64,000 bases of DNA, taken from NCBI RefSeq assembly GCF_009914755.1, contig NC_060934.1. One strand, given 5' to 3'. The position numbers and the translations under genes were made by a program. Source of the DNA: the human T2T-CHM13v2.0 reference genome, Homo sapiens. Below, piece after piece: positions 29,801 to 41,620 of this stretch. How positions within the stretch are numbered: the first letter of the stretch is position 1; every line of letters begins with the position of its first letter. The notes under the pieces were generated by a model, which had not been told where the DNA came from, did not search any database, and saw only the letters and a program-made list of their open reading frames with translations.

Positions 29801-31298
29801 GGCCCCTCAGGAACAGGAGCAGCTGTGGGTGTTAAGGGCAGGCGGGGGAGCTTGGTGAGTGAGCCTTGGTTGTGCTGCCCCAGGGTGTTCTCAGAGATGG
29901 GGCAGGTGTAGCCTTGGGCATCTGCATCAGATCCCAGGGCTGTCAGCTGTCACAGAGCTGGCTTTGTTGTGATTAGCAGCGGGCCACAGATCTAAGGTAG
30001 CATCTCCCCCCCACCCGCCACTGTTTTCTAAGACAGAGATCCTTCCTTGCAGTTTGATAAACAGTACCCTTAAATCACAGAACCACAAACAATACCACCT
30101 TTCCACAATTTGCATTAAACTAAGTAAAATCTTGGTGGGATGTGTGTGGTGGAGGGGGGAGCACAGCAGTGTAATTTCTTGAGAAAGCGAAGTTAGACTA
30201 GTAGTTTGCGTTTGTAAGTGGTCCATTTGCCGATTATGAGTACATGTCAGCCTCCAAAGTGCAAAATAGCTCTCTTAAGGAGCTTAAATGCCTCTGGTAG
30301 TTTGCATTATTCATTTTGAGTCATTCTTTTACAAAATGATTAATTTTAGCCACTGCCCAAATTGTTGCAAATAATAGTTTGACAAAGGAGGCCAGTCACT
30401 CCATCTGTGAATCCACTTTGCTGTTTTGCTGGGTTTCCTCCAAGCACTTGTAATTTTTGTTCCCCCGTGGATTGGTCTGCTCTGGGCTTTCCTAGGTCGT
30501 TATTTCTTGGGCTCTGTTTTTCTCTGTGGAGCCCCGAGGGAGCAGGCAGCATGGGTTCCAGCCCTGGCTCTGCTCCCACACTTGGTTGCAGCCAGTTGGA
30601 CACTTGGCGGTATCCCCTCTGCCTGCTGTGGGCGGCCTGGCCCAGGGTTGCGATCCTGCGGTGGATGTGGCAGATGTGGCCCCTGTCCTCGTGGAGCTCT
30701 GAGGCCAGGACGGTGAGGGGCTGGGAAGTGCCTGCTGGACCTGCAGAATCTGCTAAGCTGTGACCAGACTTACGGGCAAGACTGAGTCCTCTGTCCAGTG
30801 TACAGTGTGGGTGCCTATGGCAGCTGCCCTTCAGACCAGGGTGCTAGCCTGTCAGGTGGACCTCGAAGAGATGGAGTGAGCAGACATAGCAGCCCAGAGG
30901 CCCACGCACCCTGGACTCCTGCAATCTGGGAGCTCCCTGGAGGTGTTTACCCGCAGAGGGAAGCAGTGATCCCTCACTGCAAGGGCTGTGACGCCACAAA
31001 CCCCAGCTACCACCTCAGGCTGGGTTTCAGGCCGTCTGTGCTGAGTCTTGTATTCCAGCCTGGCTACCCCAAGACACCTTCAGCCTGGCCAGTCCCACTG
31101 TGGACCAGAGCAGGGATGGCTGGAGAGGCTGGGAGGGTACCACCCTGAAAGCTGTTCCCAGGCTTTAGTCTGTGGAGGCCGTTGCTAGCCTTGCTTTTTG
31201 CCAGTGGGGAAAATCAGAACCTCTTCTGCACTGCAAGCCTGTGCCTTTTGGCTTTTGTGGGGAGTGGTCTCCAGTGCTACCCCCGGAGGCCCCGCACG

Positions 31299-31332
31299 CT
31301 GTGGTTCCCTGGCTGTCCAGCAGGGGGCACTC
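31299..31332 (+). promoter_or_regulatory. Predicted CTCF site (core plus upstream motif)
   Basis: Core TGTCCAGCAGGGGGCACTC fits CCASYAGRKGGCRS; CTGTGGTTCC upstream resembles the U motif. Confidence 0.6.
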
Positions 31333-31901
31333 GTTCCCTACTCGAGGGCCACACTCCGTCTCTGAAACTCATTCCTCCCCCAGGACACGGGTGGCCCAAC
31401 TGGTCCCGGGGCAGGTTCCCGAATTTCCCATCATCCTTTTCCCCTGGATTTTTCTCAGCCTTGGGATTTGCGGGCAAAGCCTGGGGAATTTGTAAAGTTG
31501 TATTTTAGTTCTCACCTTGTAGAGTTTCATTGCCTATCAAAAACGAATAGAAATCATCATAAAAAAAATCCTCTCCTCTGAACAAAAATCAAACGAGAAA
31601 ACTCACATAGCGTGTCCTGGACACCTGAGCTGCCTCTGTTAAAGAAACCCGGTTCTACAGAAGCTTAAGGAGGGAGGAGCTTAAGGGCCTGGCCTGGGAG
31701 CCACTTCGTTGCAGCCACAGGCCCTGCTGTGCAGAAGTGGAGGCCTGGATGGGGAAGCCGGGGAGCCAAGTGCTGGGGTTTAAAGAGTCCATTCCATGTG
31801 TGGAATGGGTGGGGTGGGTTGGGTGGGGTGAATGGGGCCTGATGAATGTGCCATTAATGAGCCCAGCACCATGTGGAATAATTCCCTCATTGTGTCCCCA
31901 G

Positions 31902-32036
31902 CATCTCCCCAGCTGCTGCCCATGCGGGTCTTCCTCCCTCGGCTGCAGAACACATAGTTTCGCCATCTGCCCCAGCTGGTGACAGAGTAGAAGCTTCCAC
32001 TCCCTCCTGCCCAGATCCGGCCAAGGACCTCAGCAG
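31902..32036 (+). CDS. TACC2: TACC2 internal coding exon (135 nt, phase 2-2): (S)ISPAAAHAGLPPSAAEHIVSPSAPAGDRVEASTPSCPDPAKDLS(R)
   Basis: Acceptor tgtgtccccAG, donor CAG|GTATTG; joins the previous exon in frame (AG+C = Ser); peptide recalled as TACC2. Confidence 0.93.
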
Positions 32037-32259
32037 GTATTGCGCAAGTCCCCCTCCACAGCACCTGCCCCCGGAGAGCAGGGGCCTGGTGGTCTCTGCC
32101 CCCTAGGTCTTGGGGTGAGCCGCATTTAGGATGGTAACAAGGTGGTGACCATTTGGCCCCGTGAGACCATGTCTCTGACCCTTTGGGCCATAGCCGATCT
32201 CAGGTTTACCCTTGCCCACCTGCTCCTCATGTCACAGTGGGAAGCATGGTGTGGGCGAG

Positions 32260-32700
32260 TGCGTTAGGGTTCTGCACAGAAACAGAGCCAATAGGATGGA
32301 TAGATGGATGGATGATCTATATGTGTATGTATTTATATGTATATATATATGCAGAGAGAGGGATTTATTTTAAGGGATTGGCTCATGTGATTGTGGGGGC
32401 TAGCAAGTCTGAAATAATGCAGGGCAGGCTGGAGAGTAGGGAAGAGTTGTTGTAGCAGAGCCCCAAGGCCATCTGCTGGCAGAATTCCCTTTTCCTTGGG
32501 GAAGGTCAGTCCTTTTCCTTTAAGGCCTTCAACTGATGGGATGAGGTCCACCCACATTATAGGAGGTAATCAGCTTTACTCAAAATCTACTGATTTCAAT
32601 ATTAATCTCATGTAAAAAATATCTCCACAGTGAAATTGAGACAGGTTGGATCAAATATCTGGGTTCAATGGGCCAGCCAAGTTGACACATAAAGTTAATG
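32260..32700 (-). mobile_element. MLT2 (ERVL) solo LTR, MLT2C/D-like
   Basis: ttagggttct...cagaaacagagccaatagga, attggctcatgtgattgtgggggct.gcaagtctgaaat, gccaagttgacacataaa.ttaa. Confidence 0.85.
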
Positions 32701-33449
32701 ATTAGAGCAAGTATTTGGAACTCCTGTTTCCATGCAAGCAGTTGGTTTTGATTATAAATCATTAAAGCCTCCTAAAGAGCATTCTTGGACAGTATTTTGT
32801 AGAGAGCCAAATGCATCTGGGTGTGCTGAGAACGGCAGGCCTCGGTCCTCAGGGAGCTCCTGCTGGCTGGGAAGCACACAGTGCTGAAAGCTAAGCCATG
32901 GTAGAGGGCAAGAATATAAGGGGTGCCCAAAGCGTAGACAACCAGCTGCCAAACCAGAGTGTCGGGAAGTAGTAGAGAAATCAGAGGAAGGGAACATCAC
33001 CACATGCAGATGATATTCTAGAATACCGGGTAACAGTAGGGTGGGCCCAGAGCTGGACCAGAGTCTGCCTTATCTGGATGATGCCACCTAGACCATTAAA
33101 CTCTTCTCTGTCCTGTATCTCCTGGCATCTACCTGCAGCTCTGTTGGTCCTGAGTCCCAGAGGGACTTTCCATCCTTCAGATTGTTGTTGGCAGAGCAGG
33201 AACATTTGTTCCACCCCTCTTGGATCCACCGCAGTGCCTGGTCTGCCATAATTCTTGGCCCAAGGACAAGGAAATGTATGGGAGGTCTGCTTTTCTGCTG
33301 GTGAGATAGCACAAGCAGAGGTTGGGGAGCAGGAACATCCCCAGCTGTTTGGGGAAACACCCTTGGTTTGCCTTGGACATAGTAGGTGCACAACCAAAAT
33401 GTGTTGGAGAAAGAAATACAATTACTCTTCTCAAATATTCTGCCCTTCA

Positions 33450-33985
33450 GTTTCTTATAAAGGTAAACATAAATCCACAATATGACCCAGCAATCCCATT
33501 TTTAGATATTTACCTATGAACGATGAAAATATATGTCTACCTAAAAACTTGTATGCATGTATTCTTCATAATTGCCCCAAATTTGAAACAACCCAGATAT
33601 CTATCCACTGGTGAAAGGATCAACAAATTGTGGTATATCTATGCCAAGGAATATTACTCACCCATAAAAAGGAACAAGCTATTGATTCATGCAACTAAGT
33701 TGATGAATCGCAAATGCATTAGGCTAAGTGAGAAAGACTGGACTCAAAAGACTACATTCTACATGATTCAGTCTAGATGAGATTCTGGGAAAGGCAAAAC
33801 AATAAGGAATGGAAAACAGATCAGTGGGCACTGGGGGCTGGGATTTGTATTGACTACAAATGAGCATGAAGAGATCTTTGTGGGGGGTGATGGAAATGTT
33901 CTGTAAAATTTGTGGAACTATATACTTAAAAAGAGTGAATTTTACTATTTTTTGGTATGTAAGTTATACCTCATTTTTTTTAAAA
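33450..33985 (+). mobile_element. Old L1 (L1M) ORF2 end and 3'UTR fragment
   Basis: atatgacccagcaatccca, gaaacaacccagat, aaattgtggtatat...gaatattactca, aaagagtgaattttact. Confidence 0.85.
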
Positions 33986-34674
33986 GAACTTATCCAAGGG
34001 CTAGAGTAGATTTTTGATGAAATCTAAAATAAAAATTTCAACCTTCAGACCTTTTGCTGATGCAGTGTTAGGGTCAGAGAGCATCTCTGGTGCCTCCTGG
34101 CACCAGCAGACACAAGTGGTACCCATTTGCTCTATGTCTTTCTTTCCTGAGGTCAGATGGGCTCACGGCTCTCAACCTGTCATAGAAGGCACACTGGGTG
34201 ATCTCACCTTTAGCCCTGGAGCCCACTCTGTGTGGGTTGCTTCTGAATCTCATTCATTTACACATCTGAGCCATTCAGCAACATGAACTTGGGATTACTC
34301 TGGGCCAATCACTGTGCTAGGGACAGGACACAGAGGTCTGGAAGACAGGCACCGTCCTGCCCTCAAGGAGCATCCAGTGCTGGCAGATAGACATGGAGCA
34401 ATGGGTTACTAGGGGAGAAGTGCAGCACCCTGGATGGATGCGACCCACAACCTCACTTAGTCTGGGTAGCTGAGGATGGCTTCCCAGGGAATCGACTGAG
34501 AGCTTAGGCTGAGTGGGTTTATGTGTGGGCTGGGCCGGAGGTTGCTGAAGATACAGAAGAGAATAGATATTGTTGGGGAGAAACAGCATGTGCATGGACC
34601 CTGAGGTCCATCTCAAAAAAAAAAAGTTATCAATATATTGATACATCTTTATTATAATAACTAAAGTCTATAGT

Positions 34675-35091
34675 TGCTGTGGTTTGAGTATTTGTTGCCT
34701 CCAAAATTCATGCTGAAACTTAACCCCCAATCTGGCAGTATTGAGAGGTGAGGCCTTTAAGAGGTGATTGGGTTATGTGGCTCTGCACTCATGAATGGGT
34801 TAATCCATTCATGAATTAATGGATTGCTGGGATATCATGGGAGTGGGACTGGTGGCTTTATAAGAAGAGGAAGAAAGACCCGAGCTAGCTTACTCAGCCC
34901 CCTCGTTATAGGATACCCTGAACCACCTCTGTACTCTGCAGAGTCCCCACCAGCAAGAAGGCCCTCACCAGATGCTGCCCCTTGACCTTTGACTTCTCAG
35001 ACTCCATAACTGTAAGGAAACAACTACTTTTCTTTATAAGTTATCTAGTTTCAGGTATTCTGCTATAAGCAACAGAAAATGAACTAATACA
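34675..35091 (+). mobile_element. MST-family (MSTB/MSTC-like) MaLR solo LTR
   Basis: TG...CA ends, perfect 5-bp TSD ATAGT (34670-34674, 35092-35096); MST motifs ttaatccattcatgaattaatgga, ggctttataagaagaggaaga, cagcaagaaggccctcaccagatgc. Confidence 0.9.
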
Positions 35092-35481
35092 ATAGTTGAT
35101 TCACGTTTTCTTAGTTTTTCCCTAATGTCCTTTTTCTGTTCCAGGATCCCATCCAGGAAACCACATTTCCATTTTGTTTCTGTAGGTGCCTCTTGGCTGT
35201 GGCTGTTTCTTCTTAGACTTGTCTTGTTTCTGATGACCTTGACAGTTCTAAGGAGTTCTGGTTGGGTATTTAGTAGGATGCCCCACTATTGGAATTTGTC
35301 TGATGCTTTTCTCATGATTGGACTGGGCCTGTGGGTTCTGGGAGGAAGAACAGAGATCAAGTGTCATTTTCATCACATCCTATCAAGGGTACATACCATC
35401 GACATGACATATCACTGCTGACATTGACCTCAGTTGCTTGGCTGAGGTCATGTTTGTTGACTGTCTCCACTGTAAAGTTAC

Positions 35482-35775
35482 TTTTTTTTTTTGAGACAGA
35501 GTCTCACTCTGTCACCCAGGCTGGAGTGCAGTGGTGCCATCTCCACTCACTGCAACCTCCACCCCAGAAGCTCAAGCGATTCTCCTGCCTCAACCTCCTG
35601 AGTAGCTGGGATTACAGGCTCCCGCCACTACGCCTGGCTAATTTTTGTATTTTTAGTGGAGTCAAGGTTTCACCATGTTGGCCAGGCTGGTCTCAAACTC
35701 CTGACCTCAAGTGACCCGTCCGCCTTGACCTCTCACAGTGCTGGGATTACAGGCATGAGCCACTGCGCCCCGCCA
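35482..35775 (-). mobile_element. Alu (S-type)
   Basis: Antisense Alu nested in L1. Confidence 0.94.
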
Positions 35776-36331
35776 AGTTCCTTTTTTTCCCCCATTTCAG
35801 TACTGTCGTCTGTGGAAGGAAGTCACTGTGTGCACATTTAAGGGGTGGAGAGTTGTGCTCCTCCTCTGTTAGGGCGGAACATCTACAGAAATTATTTAGA
35901 GTTTTTCTGCACAGGAGATTTGTCTGTTCTCCTTCATTTATTAATTGATTCAATCATGTATTTATATCTGCATGGACTCCTGGATATTCATTTTATTCTT
36001 TGGGTTATAATCCAATACTACGTTATTTCATTGCTCCAATTGTAGCAGCTTTGGTCATGGGCTCCTTGGGCTTTCTTTTAAGAGTGTCCAGAAGCCCCCA
36101 GGCAGTACAGTGATACGATCGGATCTGCATTGTTAAAGACCTGGCCAGCTGCCTGCCAAGACAGGAGTGGTTTTAGGATTGAGGCCCCCATTTCCTGGGG
36201 CTCCCTGACAGCTGTGGTTCCATCACCTTCAGTGCACTCTCCACCTCGACTCTCTCCACAGCTGCTTTCAACCATGCGGCCATGGCCTGGATCCAGGGAT
36301 CCAATCAACCGTGTTTTTTCCCTTTGGATGA

Positions 36332-36746
<415 letters not shown>

Positions 36747-39274
36747 TGAGGTCCTGGATGGACTCTTGATTTTGGAAATACGTCTTCCATGGGTTCCTGC
36801 CACCAGCCAGGCATCGCCTGTTGGAGCCAGCGTGCCTTCTGGGTGTTATGCGCAGGCAGCTGCAGTGCCCGCCATATCTGTGGCTTTGTCTTCTCTCTTT
36901 GGGTTTGGAGGGGAGCAGCGAGGCAGTGAGACCTGGTGTATTGACAAAGAAAGCCCAGGGCACATCTTATTACAGAATTGACAGATGCTCTGTTCTTGCA
37001 AACATGCTGGGTGACTTCCTGCTGCCTCTTCCTGCTTCTTGCGGCTGCTGTGGAAACGATGACACAATCCCACGTTTCCAGTGCAAATGGCTTTTCTCCA
37101 GGAGTTTTCACACTCCCCTCCCCCCACTCTCATTGGTAACCATTAGGCCGTAGGCCTTGGGGAGAACAGATGTGACTTTGAGAGGGAGAAAAGTGAGGTT
37201 CTGGGAAGGAGAGAGAGCTTCAAGTCTCTGCCTCCTATCCCTGCCTGGGAGGGAGACCATTGCTGCAGTCACCACGCTTCTGATGGGCCTTCCTTTCCCC
37301 TCCATCGTAGCCCTCCTGAGGCTTTGTGGGGTCAGCAGGTCACCCTGACTTTTCCAGAGCTGTCAGCTCTTTGGAGAGCTGTACGAGGCTGAAGCCAGGC
37401 GAGGGGTCTGATAATAAGAATTTCCAGGAATACAAGCTGAAAGCCCTCACCTCACCAAGGCAGCCACAGCTGACCTCTGAGAGCTTGTGGCAAAGAGCCT
37501 GGTGTGTTGGACATGAGCTGAGTGGGTGTGGGTGTGAGCCCACGCAAGCATCATCTCTGTTCAGAGTTGGCCTCTCACTCCCTGCTGCGGACAGCTGTCC
37601 CCTAGGAATTGGTGACTTGGAAACCCGGCCAAGGGCTGTCTGGATAGACGCGGGAGAAACGGGATGGGAGAAGCAGCTGAGCTTCTTGCAGGGAGGAGGA
37701 AGCCGGATCCCCGGTGCTGGGCAGGAGGCCCAGGAGACACCCCTTGAGAAATGCTACCCTGAGCTGCAGACTGTGGCGGCTGTGGCGTTGGCTCTTCAGG
37801 CTTTCCTGTGAGGTGCCCCCACACTCCCGGCCCCACCCGCCCTGGGCAGCTGCCCCAAATTGCTCCCTTCCCTCTGTCAACACTTCTCCAAGACTCCAGA
37901 GTTTTTCCTGCGCAGGAGGGGAAGGGCAGAAACCTCCCCATTCCCTCCACCCGAGTTAGAGAAGTCAGCCCTTTGGAAAACATGATGCATCTTCGCTCTG
38001 GAGCCAGTTCGCCAGTCCGCTCCCCAGCGCGGCACTTTGCCTTGTAGGCGGGGTGCAGATGAGCCTCTCTGCCTCACTAGGGAAAGGGGCTGGGTTGTTG
38101 GGCTGAGGGTCTCCGGGGATTAGACTCTGCGCTGACCAAACTGGGCTCTCGTGGCATCATTCCTTGGTTACGCAGGTCAAGTTTCCATTGTTCTCTTGCC
38201 TCTGAGGCCCACTGGGTCCGGGGCAGACTGAGCATAACTACGCTGAGCCACGTCACCGGCCGGTGAGACGCGCGGAGGCATTGATGGGTCCCCTGGTTCC
38301 CGCTCAGTCTCCGGAATGTGAGCTGCCGCGGAGTGGGTGCTGGGCTGTCCCGCTGGCTTCAGCCTGAGGAGCAGGAGCAGAGGGCGTCAGTTAGATGGTG
38401 GCTCCCTCAGTTCCGTGGGCCCAGGTCTGCAGTTCTTTTCCTCCTTCTGGGAGGGGAGGGGAAGGAGAGCCGGCAGCAGCGGGGCTCCCTGGCCCTACTC
38501 TGGGGGCACAGCTGGGAGAAGCTGCAAAGCTTCAGCTTGTGACGCCATCTGGGCGGCAGTCCCACGGCCCCTAGAGCAGCTGGGAAGGGGATCCCGCCCT
38601 GAAATGGGGCTCAGGGAGGAACATATGGGCAGGAATCTGTGAGGGCGTGGCTGGACGTGCTCAGCACAGCACTGGTGGGTGGAAGGTTCCAGGGCAGTGT
38701 GGGGGCCCTTCTTGCCCTGAATAGGGGCAGCTGAGGCCAGGAGCCCACCCTCCTCCCCGAGCACGGCTGCCCAGGGACGGCCCTCGGCTTCCACTTGATG
38801 GTTTTAGGTGCTTGCCCTGCGGGAGGCTGCGTTCCTTCCAAGCCAAATGCGTGCTCTCCAGCCCTCAGACCCAGTGGAGGTGCAGAAAGAGGGGTGGCCA
38901 GGAGACGGCTGGTCACAGAGTGCCCCAAAGGTGGTGGAGAAATAGACCCCCAAACCAAGGGAGGCAGGGCCCAGGGAGGTGGGGTAGGATGGGATATGGT
39001 ACGAGCATGTGCGGCTCAGGACCCCACCATGCCCGAGTGCCTCGCCGTGTTGATGAGTCAGTTTCTTTAATACTTCGCTGTCAGGAGAAGGACCTGCTGA
39101 GCGCTGGAGTCTAGGTGGAGTCATGCAGCGTTCCTGGGTCCTTTCTTCTGCTTTGTTTGCATTTTTTGATCCTGCCAGCCAGCCTCTCGGCAGATACATC
39201 CCGGTTGATTCTATGCCACGGACTATTCGGAAGGTGGCGCAGGGGAAGGAGCATGAAGTTGGAAAGACAGGCCT

Positions 39275-39430
39275 ATTTACCAGCTGTGTGACATGGCATG
39301 AGTTACTTGACTACTCTGAGCCTTGGTTTACCCATCTTTAAGATAGGGCTAGTAGTACCCACCTCTTGGGGGTTATTGTGAGTAGTAAATGTACATGAAG
39401 AATGTAGCTCAGTGTTTGACAAGTAGGAGG
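39275..39430 (+). mobile_element. MIR
   Basis: ttaccagctgtgtgac...agttacttga.tactctgagcct.ggttt...agtacccacctc...gggttattgtgag. Confidence 0.7.
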
Positions 39431-41318
39431 CATTGAATTCACATTCCCCCCACTCCAACTCCCAGCAGTGATGGGGAAAAGGAGGCAGACAGAGACAGCT
39501 GTTCTGGAAACAGAAAAATACAACATGATAAACTTAACATAGTACAACCTGATAAACTCTCCAATAGAGCTGAGAACAAAAGACTCAAGAGAAGGGAGCA
39601 CCTGACTCTGCCTGGAGAAGTTGGGAAGGCTTCCCAGAGGAGGCGGCATCACCACTGAGTTTTGCAGCATGGCTAGGTGTTTGCTGAGGGTAAAGAAGGG
39701 CAAAAGTGCTTCAGGGAAGAGGAACCAAATGTGCCAAAGCTTGGGGTGTGGCGAGGCCCAGCAGATTCAGGCAGCAGGTCAGAGAGGAACTGGAGGGACT
39801 AGAGGGAGGTACGGCGGTCTCAGACAGAGCAGCAGGGTGAGCAGCCAAGGTGGCCATGGTCCTCAGATTTAGAGGGGCCTGCAGCCAGACTGGGGAGTTT
39901 GCTGGTGCCAAAGAAGTGCAAAGAAACATGTCTTCTCTTTTCAAGCAGGGGAGAGTCAGGATGGAATTTAGTTTGGGGAAATATCTCTGGTGGCGAGGAG
40001 GAGGGTTGGGTGGAGGAGAGGCCAGAGGTCAGAGGGCCATGTGGAAGTTGTTCCTGTGGTCCAAGTGGGAGACAGTGGTGGCCTGAACTAAAGCAGTGGC
40101 CGTGGGGATGGAGGGGACCTGGGTCTGTCTTTGTGCCTTGCATTCATCCATTCACCAACGCTGATTGAGCATTTGCTCTGTGCAAGGCTGAAGGCAGGTG
40201 CTGGGATACAGTGGTGACCCTGCAACGTGGGCCACAGTATGTCTGAGGGTGACACTGCGGAGGTGACTACTCCCAGGCTGGACTGTGACTCTGGGCAGGG
40301 GCTCGCTGGGAGAAGTTGCCCAGGGCCTGGGGCTTGGCACCAGCATTTCCTCCCCTTACTGCCCAAGGCTGGGGCCCAGGGCCAGAAGGGTATAATTCCC
40401 CATGTGGCTCCACCAAACATGGAGACCTTGGAGTGTTCTCCTGGGCTAAGAGGCAAAGGATGGTGGCTCTTTGAGGATGACTTGCCCACCTTGTGCCCCA
40501 CCTTGGTGTCCCTGCTCCCATCTCTGTCTAAATACCGTCTTGCTGAGCATCATTTCCTGGCTTTGCAGAAAGAATTACAGGGTCCTGCCTGCCTTTCTTG
40601 GGTTTAGATAATGGAGCTGAAAGCCAATGAATAAAATCAGAATGATTTCTTAAAGAGGGATGGAAGATCCAACAACAACAACAAAAAGAAATAAGCAAAC
40701 ACAAATGAAAGGGGGAAGTCTCCCAGGTTGGAGGACCTGCAGTCTGGCCAGAGCGGCTCTGCTCAAACCACAGGGAGAAGCTTAACATTGTGGCCAGTAC
40801 ACATGTACTAACCCCATATGTGTCCACGATTGGCACGGACCTTCCCTTACTTGGTGGGCTGCAGTGATACTCTATTCCATTCCATTCCATAAACGCGTGT
40901 TGACACGGCTGACTTGATGACATGATTCCCTGGTGCATCGTCCCTGCTTCATTTCCAAGAGGAGGCAGCTTGTCCCGAGGTTGGCACGTGGTACCAGCAG
41001 TGCCTCTGCCAACACAGCCTGAGACATCTGTCCAGACTGACGTAGTTGGGGAAATGGGCCGAGCCATCCTGCATCCTCACTCTCTGTGGCCAGAACGCTG
41101 ACTGTTGCAGCACTGTTTGGCAGGACTCAGGGTGGGAACTGGGACCTTGTGGAGAAAAGGGTGGAGAGCAACATAATAGGCTCTGACTGGGATTAGGTTT
41201 CAGGTTCTCCCTGGAGCATCACAGAGTGGCTCTAGTTTTCTTCCTCTTGTGATAACATCTGGCCTTTACTGAGTACTTTCTATGTACCAGGCACTGAGAG
41301 CAATGCTTTTGATATATA

Positions 41319-41620
41319 TTTCTTTCTTTCTTTTTTTTTTGAGACGGAGTCTCACTTGCTCTGTCTCCCAGGCTGCAGTGCAGTGGTGTGATCTCGGCTC
41401 ACTGCAGCCTCCGCCTCCCAGGTTCAGGCAATTGTCCTGCCTCAGCATCTTGAGTAGATGGGATTACAGGCATAGGTCACCACGCCCGGCTAAGTTTTGT
41501 ATTTTTAGTAAAGACAGAGTTTCACCATGTTGGCCTGGCTGGTCTCAAACTCCTGACATCAGGTGATCCTCTCGCCTCCCAAAGTGCTGGGATTATAGGC
41601 ATAAGCCATAGCGCCTGGCC
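41319..41620 (-). mobile_element. Alu (S-type)
   Basis: TSD gatat.tatttc. Confidence 0.95.

Larger units (their letters stand above)
34625..36060 (-). mobile_element. Old L1 (L1MC/MD-like) 3' fragment with nested MST LTR and Alu
   Basis: ttttcttagtttttccctaatgtcctttttctgttccaggatcccatccagga...tgggttataatccaatact; boundaries approximate. Confidence 0.7.

Noticed and set aside
33199-33212. GGAACA-TT-TGTTCC palindrome resembling an androgen or glucocorticoid response element
   Set aside because: Spacer is 2 nt; ARE/GRE requires 3
33523-33780. 85-aa ORF with protein-like sequence
   Set aside because: Remnant of the L1 ORF2 3' region, not a host gene
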